A stretch of 63,938 nt of DNA, the filler included, from Ministeria vibrans ATCC 50519 (taxonomy: Eukaryota > Protista > Filasterea), in NCBI GenBank assembly GCA_943704425.1. It is 6 parts of 6 records of this genome, joined end to end, with 100 filler letters (N's around TTAATTAATTAA, not from the genome) between each part and the next. Parts side by side here need not be neighbours in the genome. Positions count along the whole stretch, not along the records: positions 34,730 to 47,782 come from CALSCP010002532.1; positions 47,883 to 58,643 come from CALSCP010001402.1; positions 58,744 to 62,349 come from CALSCP010000109.1; positions 62,450 to 63,938 come from CALSCP010002821.1; 2 more parts are not named here. One strand, written 5' to 3'. Positions 47,096-62,510 of the stretch are shown here, piece by piece; the stretch's first letter is position 1, and each line of letters starts with the position of its first letter. A program made the translations under genes and the position numbers. Below the pieces are notes generated by a model, which did no database searches, was not told the DNA's origin, and saw only the letters and a program-made list of their open reading frames with translations.

Positions 47096-47882
47096 TCAAG
47101 AGCTGTACTCGGATGTCAAAACAAAACAATACAAAACAAAGAGCAATACTTCCGTAGACCAAGCGCGCGGCGGCATGCCCCCGGACTTTAGTGTAGCGGA
47201 GGGGACGGGACGGGTCAAAGCGGGGGTTTGGCGTATGGGGTTCCGGTGAGTGAGGGCATCAAAATTCAAAACAAAATCAATCAATTTTCCTGCTGTACCC
47301 TCGGCAGCACGAAATCGCACTTGGGCAAGTTGGCAGTGGCTTGGCACCTACTCCATAATCCATTGTACTTTGCCGCGTCTATTGTCTCATGGCCGACTCT
47401 TCCACATTCGGTATTATTTAGGTTGAGTTTTTCGGCAAACCATTTGTGACGAGTCTCGTGCGCCTCCCGCTCTGCTTCCTACCCCACTGGCCGCCCTGCC
47501 GTATGGCAGATGATGCCTTGCGCTTCTTGCGTGCGCATCTGCAGCCTGACCCGCTTTGCTAGAGGAATGAACGAAAAATGAACTTGAGCACAGACAGAAT
47601 GGTCGAGAGACTGATCGAAGTGCGCAAAAGCACATGCCCCGCCGCGTACTCAACGCCACTCGCCCGCCACGCCTGGAGGGAAAGTATACTCCTTGCCCCT
47701 GCCCTACGTGTGTGGCCTGGCATGGCCAGTTGGTCACCTTCGCTTATTATTTTATTTTTTCGACATGACCTTTTTTTTTTTTNNNNNNNNNNNNNNNNNN
47801 NNNNNNNNNNNNNNNNNNNNNNNNNNTTAATTAATTAANNNNNNNNNNNNNNNNNNNNNNNNNNNNNNNNNNNNNNNNNNNN

Positions 47883-47916
<34 letters not shown>

Positions 47917-48060
47917 GAGAGGGAGAGGAGAAAGAAACAAAGAGAGAGAGGAAAGAGAGAGAGAGAGGAAAGAGAGAGGGAGAGGAGAAAGAAACAAAGA
48001 GAGAGAGGAAAGAGAGAGAGAGAGGAAAGAGAGAGAGAGGGAGAGGAGAAAGAAACAAAG

Positions 48061-48098
<38 letters not shown>

Positions 48099-48127
48099 TG
48101 CGAGTGTGCTCACATCCGTCCTTCTAG

Positions 48128-49053
48128 TGACTACGGGCCGTCGGGCCGAGTTCTCAAATTCCTCGATGTGTTTCTGGAACGCTCGCTTGTCTTCGCCACG
48201 GTTGACCTGTACGGCCACGGCTACACTACTGGCACCCACGTTGGCTTCACCAGCGTGCAACAGTTGGTTGACTCGGTGACAGCGGCCGTGAAGGATTTGC
48301 GCAAGGTGTACGGCCCCACACTGCCCATCCACCTCTTCGGCATGTCTCTGGGCGGTCTCGTCGTGCTGCAATCGTCGCGCGCCCTCAAAGATGAGTTCTC
48401 AGGAATTGTAGCAATGTGTCCTCTGGTGGAGCCTGCGGGATCCTCTCGTCCTCCGGTGGTCGTCGAGTACATTGCGAAAGCGTTGCGCTTCGTCGCGCCT
48501 ACGCTGGCCATTGCGGCTGCCAACCGCGGACAGGCTTGTGCCAATATCGAAGACGAGGAGGCCTTCCTCTCCGAGCCTCTTACATACAGTGGAAAGCTTC
48601 GTGTTGGTGCCGGAATGGCCATGCTCGACTCTTTTACGGAGCTTCAAGTGCGAAAAAAAAAGCGTCTTTTTCAACAGGCGCCCTCTCATTGTTGAAAACT
48701 AACACCACACTTCAATTAGGAGAATCTCGCGAGCATCTCTTTGCCGCTCTTTGTGATTCAAGGCACAGCGGACCGTGTGGTGACCACAGAAGGCGCACAG
48801 AGACTGTACAACGAGGCATCATCGGCCGACAAGACGATCAAGTTGTGTGAAGGCAAAGAGCACAATCTCTTCACCGAGCGTGACATAATCATTCCCGTAA
48901 GTCGGAGGGGTGCTTTTTTATTGTTTTGTTTTGAAATCTCCTTTGTGTTATTTCCACTGAATGTCATTGTGTTTTTGTTGTCTTTAGCTGATGAACGAAA
49001 TTGCCGATTGGATTGCCTCAAGAAGCAAGAAAATTGCTCAAACCGCCCTGTAG
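48128..49053 (+). CDS. Monoglyceride lipase/lysophospholipase-like alpha/beta hydrolase (5' end missing)
   Basis: DLYGHGYTTG, nucleophile elbow FGMSLGG, QGTADRVV (Asp), EHNLFTE (His). Confidence 0.85.
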
Positions 49054-49239
49054 AAAGGAGGGTTGTGTGTGTCTGTGTCAGAGTTTGTGTCTGTCTGTGT
49101 CAGAGTTTGTGTCTGTCAGTGTCAGAGATCGTGTCTGTCTGTGTCTGTGTGTGAAATGAGAGAGAAATAATGAAGGGTTGGGTTGAAATTATTAGATTTT
49201 GTAATGTAAAACAAAGAATGGAGTGGTCCGTTTTTTAAT

Positions 49240-50899
49240 CTATGAAAGAAAAGAGAGAGAGGTGAGAATGTGTGTTTTTTTTTTGTAAGGATATCTTTTC
49301 TTGCGGCTACCAGTTGATTTGAAGTGGTTATCGTCAATGGTCGAGTAGAGGTGCCCTTCGTTGCACAACTCTTCCACGGCAGTGCTATCACAAATGAAAA
49401 ATACAGCAGCGAAAAAACTCATTCATACGACAATAATTAAGATGAGTATATTGATACCGAATCTCAGTCTTGTTAAAGCGACCCATGAACTGAGCAGCAA
49501 GATTTTCGACAGTTACTCTTCGAGAGAGAAGACACACAGAGAAAAAAGAGAAACGAGTCAAAAAATGTTATTCCCAATTTTTTTTTGTCAAATCGATGGC
49601 TTACCCTTGAGCAGATTGGCATTCCTTGATAGCTTCGAGAACGGCACCCTGACAACCAGGCATACCAAACGCATTGGCAGCACCTGTGCTGGCTGCAGGT
49701 ATGGCATGTGCCGCCGAGTAGACGCCATTGCCAGCGGTGGCAGTGGTTGTTGCGGGCGCAGCAGCGAGATGACCCTGAAATAAATAAGAAATTATTATTA
49801 ATTATCATTATTAATAATTAATTTAGTATGATAAGCGACCTTTGTCTGTTGAAGGTGTGTGAGTGTGCAATCTAGGAGATGGTAAGTGATCTAAAAACAA
49901 AAGCAAAGGAACAATGTATAATGTGACTCAGCTGTAATCTCAATATCTTATTAATGAGTACCTCATCAAAGTCTGTGATGGGAGAGACGGAATGTGCGAC
50001 CACGTTGGTCGTGTTGTTGAACGCACGAAGGGATCCCCACACGCGCACGTAGATACCCTCACGGCAGTTTGCCATCTTCTTTGCTGTTGCCTCGTTCCCA
50101 TCGTCGTTGGCAAAGAGCTGCAAAAAGAAAGACAAGTGTGCAAAGATGCGACGTAGTGTCCGTTTGTGAGTGTTGGTCAAAAGCAATTTCAGTGACAAAA
50201 GAGGTATCGGTTACCTTGACATCAATGCGACCGGTACCATCCTCAATGGTGTAGGTGAAATTCATGGACTGTTCTTGCATGCGCTCGATGCGCCCAACAA
50301 ATGTGATTTGGGACAGCTCGACGCCGTTCACCTTGAACACATCGTCCTTCTTGTCCAGCGACGATGTCTTCATCGTCTTGATTGTCACCGGCGTCATTGT
50401 CCCGTTCGACGATGAACCAGCCTAGAAACATCACATAAGGTTGGAGCTCAAAACGTCGAGTGATACACACAAAAACGCACAAACAGGGCCCAGTCTCGCA
50501 AACAGCAACCACCAACAAGTTGCGTTTAAGCTGAGACGGAGATGCGAGACAGGCACAAAAATAGGGGGAGGTACAATCCATTGCTGAGGAAGAGGAGGAG
50601 CAGGAACGTTCAAAAAGAGGGGGGGAGGGATCACACGAAGGAACGACGCGCGCAAATACAAAAATTTGGAGCACTCGACCCATAGCGCACCTTTTTCGCT
50701 GAGCCCGGACCCTGGGGAGAAGAGTTAAAATCGTTTCTCACAAAGCCAGCGCCAGTGTCGCCAGTGTCCATCTGAGAGACAGACAAAACACACACACACA
50801 AGAAGTAAAAAAAAAAGCGAGTCAACACTTTTTGAGACATCGCCATAGCGTCACGCTTGGCGCGCTTTGTCTGAAACACACCTGTCCAAAGCCTGCCAT
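49240..50899 (-). CDS. RPA2: Replication protein A 32-kDa subunit
   Basis: MTPVTIK...ITFVGRI...YTIEDGTGRIDVK, YVRVWGSLRAF, PITDFDE/ITYHLL, C-terminal winged helix LCNEGHLYSTIDDNHFKST. The 3' end coordinate is approximate. Confidence 0.92.
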
Positions 50900-51467
50900 G
50901 CCTAAATGCAAGAGTACCAAAAGTGAAAAAGGGAGAGGAAATCGAGTTGAGTTGGATTTTTGAGATTTTTCGAGACAAGAAAGCGACGAGCGCGCCGAAA
51001 CACAAAATTCGCAAAGCGTTTCACAAAGCGACGCTCAATGACAAAACAAACGGCTCCACAACACACAGTAGTGCCATTGAACATCCCCATAGGGAGCCAG
51101 TGTGGGGTTCGGCAAGGATTAGAGCCGGGAGAGAGCGAACTCATTTTTTTATTTCGCTATTTCTGTGCCTTACCTCCAATTGCGCCGTTCATGTGGTTGA
51201 GTGCGTTAGAACTTAGAGCTTTAGAGAATGCAGACTGCAAGTAGAAATCACTTCTCACCGTGAAGTAATAATTTTTTTGACGAGCAGTAAGATAACTAGT
51301 TCGATCAGTCAAAAGACTCAATAATCTCAAATTCTCAATGTTTTATACTCTCGTCCAATCCTCGTTTCTTTTGAACTGCGAACAGAAGTAAACATGAGTC
51401 AAGTGTATGAACCAACTGAATCTGTGCGAAAACGTGCTCATATCAAGAGCATGGAGGTGTACAGGTA

Positions 51468-51546
<79 letters not shown>

Positions 51547-51671
51547 TGAACTCTCTCTCTCTTGAACTCTCTCTCTTGAACTCTCTCTTGAACTCTCTTG
51601 AACTCTCTTGAACTCTCTCTCTCTCTCTTGAACTCTCTCTCTCTCTTGAACTCTCTCTCTCTTCGATGTAC

Positions 51672-52892
51672 CAAGGGAGAGCGGGCGAGGTTGAGGACGG
51701 GAGCCCAGCAGGCGAGTCCCTGAGGGTATGCAGTGGTCGTGCCCGTCTTGCGCGCGAGGTTGTACTTGCCGCGGACTTCATCACTGATGGCACGCCCAAC
51801 CGAGTGTAGGAGAGACGGGTCCCACGTGCGTGCCACTGTGATGGCTTGCGGAAAGAGCGTCGTTGCAAACTGAGGGTCGCCATTGTTGAGCGTTCCGTGT
51901 GTGCACTCTGTGTGTCCAAGGGGAGGCACCGCGAGACGTGGAACGCCCGTGTCCGCCTGCATCAGAGTTGCCTTCTCTGTCAGTGTCAGACGCGAGACGA
52001 GATCGGCCACGCGGTCGTCAAGGGGTGCCGTAACATCGCAGTACTTGTAGGAAGAGAACGGCGGTGTCTCGCATGAGGCCGTGGTGCCCGCGTCGAGACA
52101 CAAACTCGACGGAAGCGCGCGAATGGTACTGTCCACAGCGTTAATGAGCCACTGTTGATGACGTGACGCATTGCAGCTGTAGATTTGGACATTTGAAAAG
52201 ATGTCTATGTCACCGTCGACGTCGAGACACTTGCCCGAGAGAGTGCTGATAATCTGAAAGAAAAGAAAAAGAAAAGTAAACAGTTTATATGACAGTTTAT
52301 TAACAACCGTGAGAGAAGAGGAAATAGAGAGAGAGAGTAGCAAAGTGATAGAGAGATAGAGAGGAAGAGGTAGAGTTGGAAAGAGAGAGAAAGTGAGGAA
52401 AAGGGAATAATAAGAGGGTCGGGGAAGACAGAGAGAGAGAGACAGACAGTCAGACACACACGCACTCAGACACTGAAGAGCATACCTGGTTGCCCTTCAG
52501 TTCCCACTCCTGGTTTTGATGCGTAGGATCTGTGTCATCAAGGTGACAAGACGCTGCCCAGACGTTTGAGCCGTCGGCGGTGCCATCTGGGACGGATAGG
52601 GGGCGAGAGAAGTCGAATGAATGTCAACAGACACTGAAACTGCTGTGCGTACACTTCTCTATGTCCAAACAGAAGGTCATATCGTGTGTCAGGCGAATGG
52701 TCTTATCCGTGACATTGTATATCCAAGACTGGCGCGTCGGATTGGAACAGTCGTAAAGCTAGAGAGAGGAGTGAAGACTCTTTGAGTGCGGAATGAAGTT
52801 TGAATCTATTATGAACTTACTTGAACATTGGGGGTATATTGCGCATGGATGCAGGTCGCCAATAACAGCAATAGTAGCACAGCCGCAAGCAT
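51672..52892 (-). CDS. Secreted ricin-B-lectin + GH3 beta-xylosidase/glucosidase, 5' part only
   Basis: Signal peptide MLAAVLLLLLL; QxW repeats (RQSW, NQEW, HQQW) with CLD motifs; YCDVTAPLDDRVADLVSRLTLTEK, GVPRL, TLFPQAI, WAPVLNLARSPL. Breaks off at a microsatellite intron. Confidence 0.85.
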
Positions 52893-53160
52893 GGTGGAGG
52901 GCAGGCGAGGAGAAACAGCGAGTTTTTTACCAGCGAGAGGAAATAAGAAAAATATATAGCGGACGAAATTTCCGGTGTGTCGAGTTATTCAATAGAATGA
53001 ATAATGATTATTGAATTTTTTCACAATTTTTTCTTGTACCGTTGTTATATTTTATATTCCCACGAGGACAGGGTATCAGAGTGACGAGGGTCGAGGCACA
53101 GTGGCACCCACACACACTCTCTCTCTCTTTTTCTCTCTCTAGGCTACAGGGAAGTTAGAG

Positions 53161-55444
53161 ATGCGCTCTCAAACTTTCGTCCGAACATATTTAAGACACC
53201 ACTGCGTTCGCAACTATTTCAGTGGCAACTTAGATGTCAAGGATGCGTTCGAGACTTTATCTCGCAAAGTGTCTCTCAAATGCGTGGAAACGGCTGCATT
53301 CCCGCCCGTCCGCCTTGAGAGTCAGGAAAGGGTTGTGGTCGAAGTAACTCGGCTTATTCGAGCCGGGCACACCCATATACACGTTTCCGGTCCCTCTGGT
53401 AGCGGCTGTAGCACCGCTATCATGCTGGCTGCCCGTAATTTTGCTGACTCGCACTTTGTCGCTACTCCGCGATTTTTTCGTTTTGCCAACTTTAGCTATC
53501 CGTCATTGAAAAATCTGAGAGACCAAAAGGTCACCATGCTGCTTTCAAAGCAACCCAACACCAGCTCTACCGTACGCAGTCACCCCCGCACTCCCAATGA
53601 GATTGTATTCCGGCATGGCTCAGATTCGCTCAAAGACGATCGCTTTGTGACTGTCCGCCTCACGCCGACCCTTAAAGACACCGCGCTCCTTCTCGAGAAG
53701 AAGTTTGCTGCCCAAAGTTTGCCAGCGCCAACAGATGCGCTTGCGAGAACGGTGCATGAGAGGCTTCACGGAAATATGTCGCGCATTGTCAAATACGCAC
53801 AGTATGTCGCTTCACGCGATCCCACTGATCAGAGTGCGACGCTGAGCCTTCTGGAGGTGTTCCTCGACAACAATCGATTTGAATATCAGCAATGGTTGCT
53901 TGCGGTATATCCACTACCATTTGTTGCCGATTCGCATCAACCGATCAAGCAAGTACATCTCGACAGTGCTCTTCGCCGATCTCGCCGAATTTCCCACACA
54001 ATTCCACGCCGAGTTCTCGGCCCCACCGCCACCAGTTGTCCGTTCCCGACCGATCTTTAGAAATCTTACTGAGCGAGTCCTACTTGTGATGTACTGGTCT
54101 CCAGAAGGTGTCCCCCTGAGTGTCCTCCACAACGTGGCGAAGAGCTATGGCGGTAAATCCGACGCCAAGGAAGTGTTCCACTATATCAATCGACACTACC
54201 ACATTCGCCGAGAAGGAGCCGGAGCCAACTCAGGTCATGAGCTGTGGTTTTTTGCAGAGGGAGTGCGCGCGCCCTTCTTTGACCACATTTGCAACTCGTT
54301 TATCATCCTAAAATCCCACCGCACGACTACGCCACCGCATGCTGCTACACCTGCTTCCTCTTTTGACACGATTTGCTCAGCGATGAGCCACACACTTTTA
54401 AAAAAGCTTAAGAACGAGATTTCGTCTTATGCCTTCCGGCAAAATATTTATGCTCAAGGCAGTCGGTTTTACAATGATATCGTCGCATCCGTGTGCTATT
54501 TTGGCACGCAAAAGTCACTCACGGATCCCAAGTCGAAACATCTGCTCCGCGAAATCTGGACAGTCATCAAGGGCATTTCCCATCACCACCCCAATCATCT
54601 TTTCCTCGCTGACCTTCCGCTGACCCATGATGTACATGTGTTGCGGCAGTCCCACCGCTTGCCTCTCTCTTCCAGTCATGTGTTGTCTGCGGAGGATCTC
54701 GATCTGCGTGAGTTTCTCACGGTTACCGGGTTGATTGCTCGCTCTTTTTCGCACTCTCTCGCGCAGTCGCTCCAATTCGCCACCGCCCTCATTCATGGCG
54801 TCAAATACAAGATTTCTTCCACCGGACCGGTTGACGTTTTGCCGCTTGTGACAAATTTCACTTTGAGCGGACCAACGGAAGTGTCGCGCCAAATTTTTGC
54901 CCTGCTGAACCCTCGCAATCCGCAAATAAGCACCTTCATGAGAGAAGGGAAAATCCCGATTTTCTCTGCCAATGTCGCTTTTATTGGTGCTTACAGCTCC
55001 TCCTCTTCTTGGCAGTCGTCTCAGACGCTGGTGCAGGGTCCTTCCAATTTGGCGCCTCGCATTACGGAAATTGTTCCCCTCCACGACGACGATGAAAAGG
55101 ATGATGACAAGGATGATGGCAATACCCCTGACTTGTTCCCCCGCTTCGACCCTCTCCCCGACGACGCTCCAGTGGTGCCACAGTCATGTTCCGTCAACAT
55201 CGAAACGATTTCCGTTGCCCCTTCTGCCGGCAAGCAAGCAGACTATACCGCCGTCCCGCACAAGGTCGTTCCAACGAAGCCGTCGAAGCGGATGAAAGAG
55301 AGTCTGAGTCTGTGGACGCGGCAGTTGCCTCTCGCACAGATACTGGCGCAGGTTCTTCTCTTACTCTGGCGAACTCCAAAGCGGCTGTTGAGAGACTTCC
55401 TTCCGCGTCCCTGGTTGCAGCATAGTGTCCGCTCCCAATGTTGA
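53161..55444 (+). CDS. Hypothetical protein with a degenerate P-loop (STAND/AAA-like); two overlapping frames
   Basis: ORFs of 299 and 521 aa; HIHVSGPSGSGCST; ERLHGNM; possible 49-nt intron at 53905-53953 joining the frames. Confidence 0.5.
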
Positions 55445-55704
55445 AATAAATTTCTTACAATATACAAACCCAAGGTGACAAACAAAAGCAAAAAAAAAAC
55501 AAACATAAAATAATATAATAAAATGCTCTCAATTCTCTATTTATTTTTGTTCAATAAATGTTGCATTTTTCTTCTTCTATGTAATTTTCTTAAATATTAT
55601 AATAAATGTTATAATTATTTTATCCATGTATAGTCATTAATAATTCGTTCTATGACTTTATTGACCTATAGTTGTTATAACTTATTCAGTATTATCTTTC
55701 AAAA

Positions 55705-56398
55705 ATGACACCCGATGCGGCTGCATGCATCATCCAAGTACCGCTCAACCCCGGCCTCACTTGTTAATGAAACTAATGCACATTCCTCCTTCGTACAGGC
55801 AGCGTGGCGCGGACGACAACTCCGTAATGTTTTGAAAGACGCTCAAAACGAGTTTGCGCTTCTCTGCGTCGAAGTGGAGGGAGGCCTGGCAAGTGCCGCG
55901 CTGCATTGGCCCCAATACAGTGCGTTGTGTGGTCCGCGAACGCCGTCGTTGGCATCTGTGGTCGCTTCGATTGCATCTGAGACGGAAGGAAATTTGAATG
56001 TGGCGCTCAATTCAAGTAATGTTTCGGCACCCTCGTCGCATGAGAGCGACGTAAACGGGACCCTGGACATGACCATGGACGCTGTTGGTGTTGTGTCGCC
56101 GTTTAAGAACGCCGAAGCTGAGGAGAAGGAGGCGGAGGCGGAGGAGGAGGAGGAGAACACGACGGAGAACTCAATGAAGCGACGAGTTCAGCAAGTTCAG
56201 TGTTGTTGCGACGCACCACCGCCACCACCGCCAGCCGATCCTCCTCAACCGCAGCAGCACTTCTCGCAAATAGAGAATGCAACAGTGACACGAAAAAGAC
56301 TTCTGCGCTACCGAGCTGAGCTTGTGGCCGAGCTTGACTGGGCGAAGGAAGCGCTGCAGAGTCGGCGGCAATTCCTACAGAGGAATGGAGTCGCCTAA
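55705..56398 (+). CDS. IQCC: IQ domain-containing protein C
   Basis: Spliced IIQ/AAWRGRQLR...EFALLCVEVEG...LHW and C-terminal LLRYRAELVAELDWAKEALQSRRQFL. Confidence 0.75.
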
Positions 56399-56488
56399 AT
56401 GTTTTATTGCGCATGTGTGTAACTCCCAATGTATAAAAGATGACTTTGTATCTACTCAAACGCCTGGTGTACGGGAGTCCGCTTTTAA

Positions 56489-58433
<1,945 letters not shown>

Positions 58434-58591
58434 CTAAGCAAAAAAGTAAATTCTCCTCTCTCTCTGTCACTTTGTTTCATTCTCTCTCTATCACTTTGTT
58501 TCATTCTCTCTCTGTCACTTTGTTTCATTCTCTCTCTATCACTTTGTTTCATTCTCTCTCTATCACTTTGTTTCTCTCTCTCTCTATCACT

Positions 58592-58643
<52 letters not shown>

Positions 58644-58744
58644 NNNNNNNNNNNNNNNNNNNNNNNNNNNNNNNNNNNNNNNNNNNNTTAATTAATTAAN
58701 NNNNNNNNNNNNNNNNNNNNNNNNNNNNNNNNNNNNNNNNNNNG

Positions 58745-58902
58745 GCGTCCGCCGCCGCCTTTGCCTCGTCCAAAGTGCGGTGGAATTTGCGTTCCAACTC
58801 GTCCAGTTCCGTCTGTTTCTCACAGCGCGCCTGCGCCGTCGACGCGACAACCTGCTGTAGGATGTCGTCAAGGGCCTTGACGTGCAAGGCAAAAGACGAC
58901 AT
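58745..58902 (-). CDS. N-terminus of a coiled-coil protein (truncated)
   Basis: MSSFALHVKALDDILQQV...ELDELERKFHRTLDEAKAAADA; GC-rich and open up to the scaffold end. Confidence 0.4.
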
Positions 58903-58973
58903 TGTGCGAATAGAAAAAAATATATAATAATTATTAGGAATAAATGAAGTCGAAAAGTTTACTCAAAAAGAAG

Positions 58974-59007
<34 letters not shown>

Positions 59008-59280
59008 AATACACATATAAAAGAGAGTAATACAATGCTTCCGCCACGGACTAACTCCAAAAAGATGGGGCGCCCATATTATTATTATATTTTTTATTCT
59101 TATTAGGAATAAATGAAGTCGAAAAGTTTACTCAAAAAGGAGAGAGAGAGAGAGAGAAATATTAATACACATATAAAAGAGAGTAATACAATGCTTCCGC
59201 CACGGACTAACTCCAAAAAGATGGGTCTATTCTTATTATTAATCTTCTTCTTATGTTTAATTGACTGTGTATGTTTTCTT

Positions 59281-59478
59281 TCACTTGCGATCAACACGAT
59301 TGCAGACAGCCTGCACAACACTGGAATCCATTCGCGAGGGGTCCAGACACCGGTCGACAGTGCTTGTCATTACTTCCTCGAGAAGTGTGTCCAGAATGCT
59401 ATGGGAAGGAACACAGCGTGAGAAGCAGAACATACACAAAATAAAAACAATAAAAAGCAATAATAATAAATTAATATA

Positions 59479-59553
<75 letters not shown>

Positions 59554-60577
59554 ATAAATTGTAATGGTTATGAGGAAAACACCCACAAAATCAATAGTGA
59601 TAATGATATAATAGAACATAGACAAATGTGACGATACCTCTCATCGGAGACAAAACGCCACAAATGCATTTTGAGGTAATGTGTGTCGATCTGGATCTGC
59701 TGGAGACCAAAGCGACTGAAGGTGCGCAGTCGCACACACTCAAATAGAGTCTAAAAGGAGAGGGACAAAGTGTTGAGTAAAGAATAGTGTCCTTGACAAC
59801 AATAATTCGTAATGGTGTTACTTTGATGCAAATCTTGACGATTCCAGTGAGAACACTCTGGCGGGTAAAATCGACTTCGGCAAAAATATCAATACGGGGC
59901 AAGAAAAGTCTCTGGATGTTGGAAAGTAGAGCAGTGTCGGCAAAGGATGAATGATTCTGGGTGTCCGTGGCAGAGGATGGGTCTGCGTTGGGAACGCGCG
60001 TGCGACGGGAGGACTCACTGCTGCGCCCACGAGACGGGTCTGCGTCGAACAGGGATGAGACGACGTCGTCCGCAACAGTAATCTGAGGAAAGACAGAGGG
60101 GTGAAAGTGTAAGATCGATCTAATACAAGCAACATAAGACAAAAATCTTAAAAAAAAAATCATCCCGATCAAGTCAAAAGAACGAGTTGCGATTCAGTAG
60201 GAGCAAGAAATACAGTGTGTCGCTGAATAGAAAACAGTCGACGACTCTGAATAGGACACACATGTATACCTCTTCAACGACTCTCTTCATGACACTGCGC
60301 ACATTGCGTGGCTCGGGAGTGGTCAGCCAATCGCGTGTCTCAATCGATTTCCGCACTAAAAACACAGGCACACACAAAATGAATTGATATTGACAGGTAC
60401 AACTTTTTGTTTTTTTTTTTACCCAATTGACTTGTGAGTGTGCCCTGAACTTCAACAAAGAGATTGACGAGACGCTGAGCAGTGACCTTGGCCTGTGCCA
60501 TAAGATCGCCAACTGGAAGAGCTCCGCTCTCGGACTGCTGAGCCGGCTACGCACACACAGACAGACAGACACACACA

Positions 60578-60649
<72 letters not shown>

Positions 60650-62225
60650 AGATAAGTTGTGACATTAATTGAGGGGGTGGAAAAAATTCTCTAACCTTGA
60701 TGCTGAGAGGGAAGAGGTCTTCGGTATGTTTGAGAATGGAAGAGACGCCATTGCTCTCGAGACAAAGGAAGAAGCGACAGAGCAGGACAAGCAGGAGGGG
60801 ACGGTACTCGTCGTCATTAGATGCAGTGCGCACCGTGTCGGCAATGTGGAGCGCGCGCTCGCACTGCCAGTGCAATACGCCGTCCTGGATCAACTCAAGT
60901 CGGATACGCCGGAACGACAGCTGCTCGCGGAACCGGTCAACGTTGCTGGCGTAGGCACTCGACAGGAACGAGTGGTGCTCGATGAGGGTGTGTTTGATGC
61001 GCTCTGTCCATTGATGGGCAAGTTTCGGAAGCCACTGTGCCAGTGGAAGTGTCATCGCATCGTCGCTCTTGGTGTCGCCCTCGCTCGCTGGCTTCTGATG
61101 TGGCTGCGCGGCTGTCGTTGGTTGGTTGCTGCGCTGGGCAAGTGCCCGCACAATGGACTCGTCAAAGTAGCGTTGCAGACGCGACTGAGATTCACGCAGA
61201 CGTGCCAGAATGCCACCTCGCACTACGGCATTGGCGCCCAGCTTAAAGCCGGCGGTGGGCAGGAGTCGGTGTAGGCGCAACATGTCCATGTAAAAGCGGT
61301 CCATGGCCCGCACGAGCGCTCCCGAGTTGTCCTCCTCGAGTACGGCGGCCGCCTGCAGACGCTGCTTGACGAGCGTGAACAGCATGGGGATCATCTCAAG
61401 GGCAAACTCGGCGAGTTTAGGTGCGGCAACGGCAACAACGGCAGGTGAGCACACACGCGCAGTGGATGTCGAGGTGGACGTGCGACGAGAGGAAGGTGTC
61501 GAGTCGGACGACGGGTGATTGCTACTGCTGCTGGTGAGGAACAGCTGACGATAAGTGCGCGACAAATCAAGAATATCATCAAGAAAAGTCGAACCCACAA
61601 GTGTCATAAGAGACACAATGGTCTCCGTTTGAGACTGTGGCTGCTCCGCCGCTTCGTCGCCCAGTTGCTCCAGCGGCAGTGGGGCACCCAGTTCATCGTC
61701 ATCGTCGTCCTCGTCAATGTTGTCGAGCAGTCCATCGTCGTCCAACATGGACTTCTTCTTCTTCTTCGCCTTTCCCTTGCCCCCTTCCCCGCCTTCTCCG
61801 TCTCCGCCCTCTACATTCTTCTTCTTCTTGCTCTTCTTCCTTCGTGCCTCCTCATCCACATTGAACGCAACCAGCGTGCGACCCTCAAGCATCTCCAGAA
61901 CACCCATCAGTCGCGAGCGTGCCTTGGCCAAAAACGCATCGCACAGCTCCTCGGGTGCCGCGCCCAAATCAAGCAACATGTCCACACACTCGGTGACCTT
62001 GGCGGCCGTGCCACCCGAGCAAGGGTCGAGTTCCCGCAGTTGCTCGTTGAGAATGCGCTCCAGGTCGGCCACAATGACCCGACACTCCGCTTGGATGCCC
62101 CCAAACGACTTCATGTGTTTGTACTGATTAAGAATGCCCGTCGCCTTCACGTAGTACTGCACCGCCTGCTTGTACGCCTTCATCTCGACGCATCGTTTGA
62201 GTCGCGCCGGCAACTCAAACAAAAA
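59281..62225 (-). CDS. VPS51: GARP/EARP subunit VPS51 (5' end missing)
   Basis: QFLFELPARLKRC...YKQAVQYY, RKSIETRDWLTTPEPRNVRSVMKRVVEE, LLSNIQRLF..RIDIF, IVKICIK/TLFECVRLRTFSRFGLQQIQIDTHYL, RCLDP. Confidence 0.92.
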
Positions 62226-62267
62226 CTGCACACACAATTTGGTTTGTGGACGTTAGGATTTGTTGTG

Positions 62268-62349
<82 letters not shown>

Positions 62350-62510
62350 NNNNNNNNNNNNNNNNNNNNNNNNNNNNNNNNNNNNNNNNNNNNTTAATTA
62401 ATTAANNNNNNNNNNNNNNNNNNNNNNNNNNNNNNNNNNNNNNNNNNNNCGATCCAAGAAAAGAGAACGAAAAAAAAAAAAAACACAACAAGGACTGATC
62501 TTTGGTCTTA

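Noticed and set aside
58930-59225. ~130-bp direct duplication
   Set aside because: Near-identical copies near a scaffold end that differ in GA length; probably an allelic or assembly artefact. A similar duplication flanks the gap at 45320.
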